64,000 bases of DNA from Candidatus Micrarchaeota archaeon (GCA_016207165.1 JACQQD010000001.1:116643-180642), one strand, 5' to 3'. Numbered from the stretch's first letter, positions 39,019-47,942 are shown. The notes: a model not told the origin generated them from the sequence alone. Numbers and translations: made by a program.

Positions 39019-39225
39019 GCCGCGCAAATCTGAGAAGATTACGTTCAAGCCAAGCAACGCCTTGCTTTTCTCCTCCGGCGACAACTCCGGCTTGTCCACC
39101 AACCTCATGACCATGGCGTGGTACTTGCGTTGTTCTTCCAGCGTAATCCAGTGGCGTTCCACGGCCCGCGCCAAATCCGATTCAATCTGCTCAAGGTACC
39201 GAGCGTAGGCCTTCCCCATCACCAA
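39013..39225 (-). CDS. Hypothetical protein
   Basis: ORF with TTTAAA-like box upstream. Confidence 0.5.
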   Translation of the reverse strand: MVMGKAYARYLEQIESDLARAVERHWITLEEQRKYHAMVMRLVDKPELSPEEKSKALLGLNVIFSDLRGL

Positions 39226-39334
39226 AGACTCGCGGGAACCCTTTAAAACCCTGGAGGCAGCAGCTGGCCGGTGAAATTTCAGCCTTTCTTGCGGCGTTTT
39301 TCTTCTAGTTTAACCAGAATCTCTAGGTGATTTT

Positions 39335-39676
39335 ATGACCAAAAAAACCCAAAGCCAAATTCTCGCGGAACTCCAGAACGGCTTGCACGACTCAAGCATC
39401 AAAGCAATGGACGGCTACCTGAAATACCTCCAGGAATTAAAGGTGCATTCAGACGAACTAGAAAAGCTCGAATTTACCTCTGCTTACGGCACAACGGCGC
39501 TTTTGCAAATGAGCGCTGTCACGTCAACTCTTGGTAAACAAATTTTTGAATTGGAGAGCTCCTTGAACCGTTTTTCCGAAACGACGACGAAACTGACCCA
39601 CGTCCTGATAGTTCTTGCAGGACTCCAAATCGTTTTAGTCGTCCTGCAGGTTGGCCGGATGTTCAATTTCTTTTGA
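39335..39676 (+). CDS. Coiled-coil protein with C-terminal TM
   Basis: RBS aggtga; C-terminal hydrophobic helix. Confidence 0.6.
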   Translation: MTKKTQSQILAELQNGLHDSSIKAMDGYLKYLQELKVHSDELEKLEFTSAYGTTALLQMSAVTSTLGKQIFELESSLNRFSETTTKLTHVLIVLAGLQIVLVVLQVGRMFNFF

Positions 39677-39687
39677 TGTCGACTTCA

Positions 39688-39867
39688 TCACTTTCCGCGG
39701 CGGATGAGTTCTTCCCGAAGCGCATCAATGGCGTCAATCAACCGTTCGTGGGACGCCTGGAGCTTTCGGAACACGGTTTCATGGATGTACACCATGTACG
39801 CAAGCCATAGCGCGACGATGCCGTTGTTCGCCAGCGCGTCCAAAATGATTGCGGAGAAATCAGTCAC
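39688..39867 (-). CDS. Small membrane protein, holin-like architecture
   Basis: GTG start overlapping the upstream stop; one TM plus coiled coil; last gene of the structural operon. Confidence 0.55.
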   Translation of the reverse strand: MTDFSAIILDALANNGIVALWLAYMVYIHETVFRKLQASHERLIDAIDALREELIRRGK

Positions 39868-40073
39868 ACGCCAAACCCCATTTTCCGCAGGCGCTCCGCC
39901 AAAGCGTTTGCGTCCATGTATGAAGACTTTACGGTGACTTCCACGTCCACCGTGCCATCCGGATTCGTCGCCACGACCTCCCACTTGACGGCGTTGGCCA
40001 ACTCCAAGGCCTCCGGCGACAACGACCCCAAAACCCCTTGCGGTTTCAACGGAATGTTTTTGAGCCTCATCAA
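39864..40073 (-). CDS. Small viral protein
   Basis: Coupled to the spike gene. Confidence 0.55.
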   Translation of the reverse strand: MMRLKNIPLKPQGVLGSLSPEALELANAVKWEVVATNPDGTVDVEVTVKSSYMDANALAERLRKMGFGV

Positions 40074-41119
40074 ACCACCCCGTCAACCAGCAACGGCGTT
40101 CCCAAGTCGATGTTGATAGTCCTGTCAACGAAACCCGCGCAGTACAACCCGAATCCGGCAACGCTTGCCGGGCCGGTGTTCGTCGTCGTCAGCGTGGGTC
40201 CACCCGTGGCTGCGTGCGCGGGCAAATTCTGCCAGTACGAAAACTCGACTCCAGCCTTCCAATAGACTTCAAAGGTGTTGAATGCGGTTCCAACGGCTGC
40301 ACCGGTGGCGTGGTTCGTCGCCGCGCCCGCCGCACTCGTCGTCTGCAAACGGAAACCCGCGCTTGCAATGTTGATGCCGAAAGCACTTTTCGGGTATGCG
40401 CCGGTAATGTCCGCCGTCGCGCTTTCCGTGAAATAGATTCCCGCTTCCATGTTGGCGTCCACCACGGACGCGCGAATGGAAAACTTCGCCCAAAGTTCGG
40501 TCACGGACGCGCCGATGGGCCAAATCAATTGCGTCTTGTTGTTCGCCCCGGACCGCGTGCTGGCCATTCGCGCGTAGGCCACGGCTTGCGATTGCACGTT
40601 CGTGCTTCCTGCTCCCTGGTTGTCCGTGCTGGGAGCGCTACCTAGAACTGTGCCGTCCACGTGGGCGATTCGTGCCGCGGGAGCAACCATGCGCATGTTC
40701 ACGCGGTACTTGAGGGCGTTGGCGACGTTGGGCAAACCAAGGCCGCCGACTTGGGCTGCTGTTGGCGAGGAAATCGCGCACAACACTTCGTTGACAAAAC
40801 CGTTTCCAAACTTTCCGCGCCCCGTTGCATCCGCAGTAAACACTCCAACCGGCAACTTTGACAAGAGAACTTGGTTGTCGCCCAGCAATCCCGAGTCCAC
40901 GAAAGAACTGGCGAATTTGCCGCGTCCCGTCGCATCCGCCGTGAACAAGCCGGTGGGCACGTGGCCCAAAGCCATGGCCGCCCACGCTGCCAAGCTGGAT
41001 CCATTCGTCGCAAGCAACTGGTTTGCGGTGCCGCCCTTGACGCGACTGGACCCGCCGGCAGTGGTCTCCAGCGTGACGTTGTCGGGAGTAAAAACGCTTC
41101 CACCAGGAAGAAAACCCAT
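40070..41119 (-). CDS. Putative spike/receptor-binding protein
   Basis: G/A/T/S-rich, duplicated FTADATGRGKF repeat, beta-rich C-terminal domain. Confidence 0.6.
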   Translation of the reverse strand: MGFLPGGSVFTPDNVTLETTAGGSSRVKGGTANQLLATNGSSLAAWAAMALGHVPTGLFTADATGRGKFASSFVDSGLLGDNQVLLSKLPVGVFTADATGRGKFGNGFVNEVLCAISSPTAAQVGGLGLPNVANALKYRVNMRMVAPAARIAHVDGTVLGSAPSTDNQGAGSTNVQSQAVAYARMASTRSGANNKTQLIWPIGASVTELWAKFSIRASVVDANMEAGIYFTESATADITGAYPKSAFGINIASAGFRLQTTSAAGAATNHATGAAVGTAFNTFEVYWKAGVEFSYWQNLPAHAATGGPTLTTTNTGPASVAGFGLYCAGFVDRTINIDLGTPLLVDGVV

Positions 41120-41122
41120 TCG

Positions 41123-42265
41123 TCAAATCAACCCGGCTTTGCGCATGCCTTCCCGAATCACGCCCGTGTCAAAGCCAAGGCCCGACTGGGAAAGCACGGT
41201 CAAGAAACTTTCTCCGGAGGTCGACGGCGACACCGTCAGCAAGAAAGCCAGCTGGCGTTCAAGCGTCGATCGAAGGCCGGCGTCGACGAATCCGCTTTCT
41301 CCAGCCAACGATCGGCGGATGGCGTCTTCGGCGACTTGCCGCGCCGTCATGCCCGGAGACGCAAAGTCTCCAGACAAGAGGCGCAACTGCGCGGGGGGAG
41401 CCGGCAGTGGAACAGGAGAATAATTCGGGATGACTTGCGCAGGCGATGGTTGCGGGGGCAAAGTAACCTGGACTTGCAGCGGGTAACCGCCAGTAGGCTC
41501 GGCGGTGCCGACTTCGCCAAAGTAAAGCCTCACCGCTTCCAAACCCGCATTCAACGAGTCTTTGGCCGTCCAACCAAACGCCCAAAACACGGGAGCGCCG
41601 ATGCCCAAGTCTACGCGCTTGATGAACACGTCACCGCTTTGCGTAACTGCCTCTTGGGCATCCGGGGACAAACGCAGCAACAACGAGCCGAGGCCCGTTT
41701 CAAAGCCCGGCGTCAGCCAACCCCCAAGCACCAAGTAATTGACTTTGCGAGCGGAAACGCCCAGGCTTCTAGCCACGGTAGCCGTGACGGTAAACGCGGA
41801 CGCGTCCATGGTTTCCACGGACAAGCCCACCGCCTGAATCGCGCCCTTGACTGTCGGCAGAATCGTTTGGCTGCCAGCATCTTTTCCGGTCACGATGACG
41901 ACGATGCCGCTTGTTTCCGCCGGCTTTTGAGCAGCCGCTTGCTCCCGGACGCCGCCTAAGACGAAGTCGTAGATGCCAGCCGGGATTCCGAACAACGGGT
42001 TAGTGGCCGTCAAGGCTTGCGCGGCCGGCGACGTGGCCAATTGCTGCGACGTTTCAGCCAAGGCTGGCAACACGGGTTGAAAAGAGACTTCCGGAGCGCG
42101 AGGAAACACGGGTTCCGGGGCCTTGGGTTCCTCGATGACGAACGCGTTGCGTGGCAACGGCACGTTCTTAAACTCCTTGGGCTTGGCTTCGTCTTTCACC
42201 GACAGCCAGTAGCCTAACGCCAGGAGGCCAGCCGCGGCCAAAACCAACGTGCCCTGGTTCGCCAT
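41123..42265 (-). CDS. N-terminally membrane-anchored virion protein with S-layer-like alpha/beta domain
   Basis: N-terminal TM; IVVIVTG..A, NYLVLGG, VFWAFGWTAKDS. Confidence 0.55.
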   Translation of the reverse strand: MANQGTLVLAAAGLLALGYWLSVKDEAKPKEFKNVPLPRNAFVIEEPKAPEPVFPRAPEVSFQPVLPALAETSQQLATSPAAQALTATNPLFGIPAGIYDFVLGGVREQAAAQKPAETSGIVVIVTGKDAGSQTILPTVKGAIQAVGLSVETMDASAFTVTATVARSLGVSARKVNYLVLGGWLTPGFETGLGSLLLRLSPDAQEAVTQSGDVFIKRVDLGIGAPVFWAFGWTAKDSLNAGLEAVRLYFGEVGTAEPTGGYPLQVQVTLPPQPSPAQVIPNYSPVPLPAPPAQLRLLSGDFASPGMTARQVAEDAIRRSLAGESGFVDAGLRSTLERQLAFLLTVSPSTSGESFLTVLSQSGLGFDTGVIREGMRKAGLI

Positions 42266-42266
42266 T

Positions 42267-42506
42267 TCATTTCCTCAACAGCAGAAACGCTGCGATCGCC
42301 AGTCCTCCAAGCAAAATCAAGGGGCTAATAGAGAATCCCGAAGACGTGGCTTGAACGGCCGGCGCTGGCTGCGTGATCGGCTTGACGATTTCCTCTCCAA
42401 CCACGAATGCAGTCACTGCGATAGCGCCCAACGCCAAAACCGTGGGCAAGGCAGGCAACGCGGCAACAGCAATCAAAGGCAAAACCATTTTTTTCAACAC
42501 CTTCAA
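42267..42506 (-). CDS. Small hydrophobic virion membrane protein
   Basis: Two hydrophobic segments. Confidence 0.6.
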   Translation of the reverse strand: MKVLKKMVLPLIAVAALPALPTVLALGAIAVTAFVVGEEIVKPITQPAPAVQATSSGFSISPLILLGGLAIAAFLLLRK

Positions 42507-42865
42507 GCTGGGATCAAGTCCCCTTGGATCATCAACTGGACGACGCCCGAGCTGGAGGCAACCAAGGCCAACAATTCGATGGTTTCGTTTTGGTCCAGGA
42601 CAAGAGGTTTTCCGCTTCGGTTCACAGTGAACGCTTGCGTCAAGCGGCGTGAAGACGTCGTGGTCAACAACGGCTTACCTTTGATCCGTAAATCAATTTG
42701 ACCGGCCACCGCCGACCCCGTGAAATTCGAGTCCGCCGTAATGCTGATCTCGAGGATCTCCGCCTTTTTTCCAGCGGGAACCGTGAACGTGACCTGACTG
42801 GTCAAAGCCGTCTGGTTGACAGTGATCGCGTCCGAGAGGAACACGAAGGGATCCGACGCCGGCAT
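42503..42865 (-). CDS. Beta-rich 120-aa protein (penton/minor capsid candidate)
   Basis: FTVPAGKKA.I.EI.I motif; directly after the MCP candidate. Confidence 0.5.
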   Translation of the reverse strand: MPASDPFVFLSDAITVNQTALTSQVTFTVPAGKKAEILEISITADSNFTGSAVAGQIDLRIKGKPLLTTTSSRRLTQAFTVNRSGKPLVLDQNETIELLALVASSSGVVQLMIQGDLIPA

Positions 42866-42872
42866 GGCGCCA

Positions 42873-43712
42873 TCACTCCCTGATGCCCAGGTACCAGTTG
42901 ATCGTGTCCGAGCCGGCGCCCGTCACGTCCAACTGCATCTGGCTGGAGGGAATGAAGGGCGTCACCGGCACGCGGAAGCGACCGGTGATGTGTCCGGACA
43001 CGAAGCGGTCCTGGTCAAGCGCAATCAAGTCCGCCGGCGTGAGAGCTGACAATTCCAGCGATCCATCCCGCGAAAGCGTGAAGTCCGTAACGTTGGCCTC
43101 CGTGCCGACCGTGAACCCCACGAGTTCAATGCGGCGGCCTTGCGGCAGGTTCGGCCCAAAACGGTTTGCTCCGGACACGATGGACTGCGACAAGCGCATG
43201 TACCGTTGCGTGAAACCCGAATCCACGTTGGAGTAAAGACCCACGACAGTCAACGTCACCGTGCCACCCGTGGCGCCGGACGTAGCCATGTCACTGAACG
43301 GAGCAATGGTGACTTGCAGCCGCGCGTCCATGTCTTTTTGCGCAATCGCGTTCGGCAAGTAGTACCGACGCGTTTGGGACGAGGAAGACGTGGTGGCCAC
43401 CGCAGTGTTGATGCCCATCGGGCTAAACAACTGCTCAATGATGGCCAAGTCGCGGCCGCGGACGTTCTGCCAAATGGCGTTGCCACCCTTGTCAGAAATC
43501 TTGACGTCCTGGATCGCGTAATCCAGCGTGTTCGCGCCCGTCAGCGTGCCCGTGGTCGACTGCGTCAAGTGGAACTCCAATGCCACCAAAGCGCCCACGT
43601 TGGGAATGACGACTTCCGACTGCGTGGCCGCCGACGCGGCCATGGCCACGCTGGAAAGCGACTGGATCGTCAAGCGCTTGACGCGCTGTTCAAGTTGACT
43701 TTGGTGTTGCAT
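42873..43712 (-). CDS. Probable double jelly-roll major capsid protein
   Basis: 279 aa, beta-rich two-half pattern; IP.VG.LV.L...IQDV.I...G..I..V.G.DL resembles PM2/STIV-type MCP; downstream of the ATPase. Confidence 0.65.
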   Translation of the reverse strand: MQHQSQLEQRVKRLTIQSLSSVAMAASAATQSEVVIPNVGALVALEFHLTQSTTGTLTGANTLDYAIQDVKISDKGGNAIWQNVRGRDLAIIEQLFSPMGINTAVATTSSSSQTRRYYLPNAIAQKDMDARLQVTIAPFSDMATSGATGGTVTLTVVGLYSNVDSGFTQRYMRLSQSIVSGANRFGPNLPQGRRIELVGFTVGTEANVTDFTLSRDGSLELSALTPADLIALDQDRFVSGHITGRFRVPVTPFIPSSQMQLDVTGAGSDTINWYLGIRE

Positions 43713-43724
43713 GATTCCAACACC

Positions 43725-44021
43725 TCACGCGCGAGCAAACACGCCGGAAAGCGTGTTTGCCACGGGTTGAAGAAACGGAACCACGATGGGTGAGACGGCG
43801 ATGACGAAGCCGGCTGCCATGGCGCCCTTGGCTGCAAAGCCAACCACACCAGACTTGCCCACGAAGGCGTACAACGCGTAACCGGCTGCCACCATGAGTG
43901 CTCCGAGAATCATCGGGCTGCCGCCGGAGAACGCGCCCAGCAAGGGCTGCAAGACGCCGGACGAAAAGACTTGCGCAATGCCCAGCGAAGCCGCCGACAT
44001 CAAAACTTCCATCAAAACCAT
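43725..44021 (-). CDS. Small multi-TM virion membrane protein
   Basis: Hydrophobic; strong RBS aaggtga. Confidence 0.65.
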   Translation of the reverse strand: MVLMEVLMSAASLGIAQVFSSGVLQPLLGAFSGGSPMILGALMVAAGYALYAFVGKSGVVGFAAKGAMAAGFVIAVSPIVVPFLQPVANTLSGVFARA

Positions 44022-44080
44022 GACAAAATCACCTTGAACACGGCTTTGCCCTGGAGTCGTTCAAAAAGACCCCAGTTTTT

Positions 44081-44118
44081 TTAACCGGGGTTATACGCTG
44101 GAGTATAACCCGCGTTAA
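44081..44118. promoter_or_regulatory. Palindrome upstream of the structural operon
   Basis: TTAACCGGGGTTATAC-6nt-GTATAACCCGCGTTAA (14/16 arms). Confidence 0.55.
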
Positions 44119-44300
44119 ATCCGGTTCGCGTGGTGCAGGCGTTGCCAGTGCGCGTCGACTTCTTTCTTGAGGACGAAGCGCAGGAACTCGGACAAGTGAA
44201 GGTAGCCGTTGGATCCCGCGATTTTTCGGACCTTCCAGGCTTTGGGCACGCGTACAGCAATGAATTCGTACTCGTTTTCCTCAAATTTTTTCGTGTTCAA
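44115..44300 (-). CDS. RHH-like small DNA-binding protein
   Basis: FIAVRVPK...LSEFLRFVLKKEV. Confidence 0.55.
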   Translation of the reverse strand: MNTKKFEENEYEFIAVRVPKAWKVRKIAGSNGYLHLSEFLRFVLKKEVDAHWQRLHHANRI

Positions 44301-44862
44301 CCACGTGGCCCCCGTCAAAATGCAAGAACCGAAAGCCGCTTAGATCCTTGGCTTTGAAAGCGTCGTCGCCAATGAATCCCCGGAGGTACTCCAAATCCTG
44401 CGGCATAATTGTCCTGAAAACGAACAAGTGGTTGACTTGCGCGACGGGCGCCTTGTCCAAGTCGGCGATGCGGCGCGTGACGCAGAACATGCCAACGTTG
44501 CGGTGTCGGCCCAAGTCAATGAACTCCTTTGCGCGTGGCCCGATTTTTCGGGACGGCATGACTTGGTCGGCTTCATCCACAAACAAAAAGAAGCCGCCTG
44601 CCTTGTACACCAGCGCGGCCACGTCCTCGAATTCCTCTTGGCTTCGGGTGCGGCCCTGGAAAACGATTTTCTGGTTCAACCGCATGGCCACCCGCAGCTG
44701 GTCCAGCGACTCGACTTTCATGCCGAGGCTGCCGTGTTCGCGCATGGGGTCCCACAACACGTAACGCGGCGTGTTTTTGACGACAGACCTCATGAAATGG
44801 CTTTTTCCAGAGCCCCGCATGCCGCAGCAAACCACGACGTCCGTTCCCTTCATGCGAATCAT
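44281..44862 (-). CDS. A32/FtsK-HerA family genome packaging ATPase
   Basis: GMRGSGKS Walker A, FLFVDEAD Walker B, GRHRN and VTRR motifs; ~190 aa. Confidence 0.85.
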   Translation of the reverse strand: MIRMKGTDVVVCCGMRGSGKSHFMRSVVKNTPRYVLWDPMREHGSLGMKVESLDQLRVAMRLNQKIVFQGRTRSQEEFEDVAALVYKAGGFFLFVDEADQVMPSRKIGPRAKEFIDLGRHRNVGMFCVTRRIADLDKAPVAQVNHLFVFRTIMPQDLEYLRGFIGDDAFKAKDLSGFRFLHFDGGHVVEHEKI

Positions 44863-45161
44863 GTCTTCGGCCCCGTGAGTTTCTCAAAACCCTCCTGAAT
44901 TTTTTTCTGCTCTTGGACCAATGCGGCTTGGAGTTCCTCCGGCGACTGCGCAGGCATCCGGGCTTCGACTTTGTGCTTGTGCAGCCACTCGTGAAAGTAG
45001 ACGAGCACGTCGTCTTCGATTTTTCCCCTGTTAGCCAAGATCGTGGCTTTGAAGCCGGATCGGCTGGCGCGGAGCAGGCCCCGCATTTGAGGCGGTACGA
45101 ACTGCACGAGCTGCATGAAAAAGTCCGTCAATTCCTCGCAGGCCTGATCCGACAACACCAC
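44859..45161 (-). CDS. Hypothetical viral protein
   Basis: Coupled to the ATPase. Confidence 0.6.
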   Translation of the reverse strand: MVLSDQACEELTDFFMQLVQFVPPQMRGLLRASRSGFKATILANRGKIEDDVLVYFHEWLHKHKVEARMPAQSPEELQAALVQEQKKIQEGFEKLTGPKT

Positions 45162-45165
45162 CCGT

Positions 45166-45321
45166 TCAACCCTCGAAAAACTCGTCTTTTTCTTCGGCTT
45201 CCTTTTCCTTACTCAAGGCGTCCAGCCTCTCTTTCAAGTCGGCGACTTCACGCTTGAGGGCCTCGTTTTCTCGCACCAGTTCTTCCAGCCGCTGATAGCC
45301 CGGCTTTTTTTCTTCCGTCAT
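45166..45321 (-). CDS. 51-aa coiled-coil protein
   Basis: Translated by hand: MTEEKKPGYQRLEELVRENEALKREVADLKERLDAL...; RBS ggtga. Confidence 0.6.
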   Translation of the reverse strand: MTEEKKPGYQRLEELVRENEALKREVADLKERLDALSKEKEAEEKDEFFEG

Positions 45322-45417
45322 TGTCGTTCACCGTCCTGGACCGGAGAGGCCCCCGCAGTGAGTGCGGGGACATCCGGTTTTTGGGTGGGTTTCTTCGTTT
45401 TCTGAGCGTTTTGCCCT

Positions 45418-46089
45418 TCAAGGCGTGACACTCGGGCTTCCAGTTCCTGGATTTCCTGCTGTAGATCCGCTTCCGACATTCTCGTTCCCTCCTTTCTTGG
45501 CCATTTCCGCAGCCAATTGAGCTTTGTTAACCAGAGTCGTGACTAGGACGGCGCCCAAAACCGCCAGCTCCATGTGTTCCTTCAAGAGATCCGGCGCGTA
45601 CTTTTCGACCACCGGCTTTGAGACTTCCGCCAAGTTGTCGGCTTCGTCTTTCTCTAACTTCCAGGCCTCGTTTTTCTGGGCGCCGGCCAAGACGTTGAAT
45701 CCAGCCTTCCAAATACCGGCCAACATTTCCACCCGGATTTGAAAGTCCTTGACTTGCGCGGTTTTCTTTCCGAATTCAGCCACGTCTTCTTCCGTAACCG
45801 GTTCCGACACTTCCGGCAGCTTCTTTTCCGGTTGTTCCACGACGACGGAAAGCCCTTTTTTAGACCCATCCGGCCCGGAATCTTTGGCCTCAGCATCCGG
45901 CGTCCCATCCGGCGCTTTGACCTGGATTTGTTGTTCGGCAGCCGCCAATTCCGACTTGGTGGCCACTCCAATGTGTCGATCGCAGTTTGGGCACCGCTTC
46001 GATAACGGGCTGCCTTGCCAGTCGTGCCTGCAAAAAGGACAATGCCGCTTGATTTTCGGGCCTTTCTTGCGCCCGGGCTTATTGGCCAT
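45418..46089 (-). CDS. Zn-ribbon protein with C-terminal membrane segment
   Basis: CPFC...CPNC; W.L...EA..LA....PV.EKY followed by a hydrophobic helix. Confidence 0.7.
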   Translation of the reverse strand: MANKPGRKKGPKIKRHCPFCRHDWQGSPLSKRCPNCDRHIGVATKSELAAAEQQIQVKAPDGTPDAEAKDSGPDGSKKGLSVVVEQPEKKLPEVSEPVTEEDVAEFGKKTAQVKDFQIRVEMLAGIWKAGFNVLAGAQKNEAWKLEKDEADNLAEVSKPVVEKYAPDLLKEHMELAVLGAVLVTTLVNKAQLAAEMAKKGGNENVGSGSTAGNPGTGSPSVTP

Positions 46090-46285
46090 TCAAATCACCT
46101 TTGTCTTGATGCGAGAATTGCTCGATTTTTTCCGCAAGTAATCCTGCCAAGACGATCAGCACGACGTTGTTCAGGTGCTCTTTCACCAGCTGCGGTTCGC
46201 CTTGTCCCTTTGATTTTGAAAGGCGGCCGGCAATGAGTGCCACGTCGGTTTGGATTTTTCTCGCGGTTTCGCAATTTTCGCACAT
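46079..46285 (-). CDS. Small CxxC protein
   Basis: MCENCE; coupled ORF. Confidence 0.55.
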   Translation of the reverse strand: MCENCETARKIQTDVALIAGRLSKSKGQGEPQLVKEHLNNVVLIVLAGLLAEKIEQFSHQDKGDLNGQ

Positions 46286-46288
46286 TTT

Positions 46289-46951
46289 TCATCCCCCTTG
46301 TAACACTGTCTCTAAACCCTGTGGTTTTGGTACGGTTTTGTCCGTTTCCGTGCTTGAATTTGAAACGTTGCTTAACTGGCCAGTTTTGATTCGACGCCAA
46401 ACGGTTGGGGCGGACACTCCGAGTTCTTTGGCAATTTTCCGAACGCCAAAGCCTTGCTGACGCAGTGCGTCGATGGCCTTAAGGCTGATGTCGCGTGGTT
46501 TGCGGCCGACTTTTACTCCGCTTTCGCGAATCTTGGCCCGGCCTCTTTCGTTTCTTTCTTGGATCAAAAGCCACTCGATGTCGGCAGCAAGCGCAAGGCC
46601 TCCAATTAGGGCCCTTCCTTCCATGGCGTTGTAATCTAACGTTGTTTCAGAATTCACCAGGACAATTTTGATACCGAGCTTGGAAAGAGTCTCGACTGTG
46701 TGGTGAATGAAGCCAATTGAACGGCCGAGTCTGGAAAGCTCCACGATGCCCACCAATTCGAATTCTTTGAGGTTAGCCGCTTCAAGCAATGCATTGATGC
46801 CTGCACGCGAATCCTGACGCCCGGAAACAGCAAAATCCTCGAACAAAAAGAAGTCGTAGCCTTTACGGGTGGCCCAGGCTTTCAATTGCTGGGCCTGCCC
46901 ATCCAAATCCTGCTTGCGGGTTGAACACCGAGCATACAAGGCCACCCTCAT
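46289..46951 (-). CDS. Serine recombinase (resolvase/invertase) with C-terminal HTH
   Basis: YARCST..QD...Q, VSG...R, LSRLGRS, ER..RG, GRK, IAKELGVS..TV. Confidence 0.92.
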   Translation of the reverse strand: MRVALYARCSTRKQDLDGQAQQLKAWATRKGYDFFLFEDFAVSGRQDSRAGINALLEAANLKEFELVGIVELSRLGRSIGFIHHTVETLSKLGIKIVLVNSETTLDYNAMEGRALIGGLALAADIEWLLIQERNERGRAKIRESGVKVGRKPRDISLKAIDALRQQGFGVRKIAKELGVSAPTVWRRIKTGQLSNVSNSSTETDKTVPKPQGLETVLQGG

Positions 46952-47051
46952 GCTCTTGCACCCCACCACCGCAACGGCGCAAAACCCAACCGACAAAATC
47001 GGCACACATAATGTCCGAAGTCCGGAGGATTCCTGTGACAATGGCGGCACT

Positions 47052-47942
47052 TCAAGGCTGCATTCCTCCAAAGCGTTTCAAGAAGTCCTCCTGGACTTCG
47101 CTCCGTTTTTGCACGTTGGCCACAGCTTGCGTGAGCTTGAACAACGTTTCCCGGAGTTCTTCCGGATCAATAGCGCCTCGTCCCACCAAGTCCAGGAACT
47201 TGGCGATGCGGTGCATGTCTTCCACCGCGTACTGCTTGTCAATCGTCTCGACTTCAGCAACCCCCGTGGAAAAATCGATGACAAGACGGTTGGTGCCGTA
47301 GTGAAAACCAGAAGGGACCCAGCGCGTAATACCGCCCAGCATGGCAATGTGGTGCCGGCACAAGTCGAAGGATCCCTCAAGCAGAAGCCCAGGAAAGCGC
47401 CGCTCCATTTTCTTGGAAATCTGAAAGCCCAGTTCCAGGAGCTGCTCGGCGGCCTCGTACACGCTGCCGGCGTACACTTCCTTGGGGTAAATCAGCATGC
47501 TGGACTTGTTGAAAAAAATCTTGTTCCCATCGTGGTGAATCTGGTAGCCGTCCATGAAGCCCCGAGCCGTGGCCATGCCGCCCACATCCACCAAGCGCTT
47601 GACTAAGTCCTCCGGAACTTCCACAATGCTGAATTTGAGGATTGCCGCATGTGGCCTAAACCGAATCTTGATTTCCGTCCGGAGCAGCTCGTCGATGTTG
47701 CGGTTCCCGAACACCCTTCTTAGGACTTTTAGTTCATGCTTGCCTGCGGTGGTCAGCGTCCAGTACTTGGTTTTGGCTCCAGGCTTCAAATCTGCGAGAA
47801 CTCGTTTAACGAGGCCCAGACGCTCCAGAACGGCCAATCTTCGGTAAGCGTTGGATCGGTCGATCTTCAAAAGCTTGCCCAAATGGGTCGCGGATCCGGA
47901 TTCGTCAGCAGCCAGCAGGGCGATATATGTTGCGCCTGCCAT
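47052..47942 (-). CDS. wHTH-containing protein, candidate replication initiator
   Basis: N-terminal MarR-like wHTH (SNAYRRL..LE..GLVKR...W.LT..G); C-terminal domain with R.H...KF.I motif. Confidence 0.6.
   Translation of the reverse strand: MAGATYIALLAADESGSATHLGKLLKIDRSNAYRRLAVLERLGLVKRVLADLKPGAKTKYWTLTTAGKHELKVLRRVFGNRNIDELLRTEIKIRFRPHAAILKFSIVEVPEDLVKRLVDVGGMATARGFMDGYQIHHDGNKIFFNKSSMLIYPKEVYAGSVYEAAEQLLELGFQISKKMERRFPGLLLEGSFDLCRHHIAMLGGITRWVPSGFHYGTNRLVIDFSTGVAEVETIDKQYAVEDMHRIAKFLDLVGRGAIDPEELRETLFKLTQAVANVQKRSEVQEDFLKRFGGMQP

Noticed and set aside
46289-46951. IS607-type transposase
   Set aside because: The HTH is C-terminal rather than N-terminal, and no tnpB follows
39688-47942. 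Tailed virus or conjugative element
   Set aside because: No terminase, portal, tail, relaxase or VirB4-size ATPase; the ATPase is a small A32-like type
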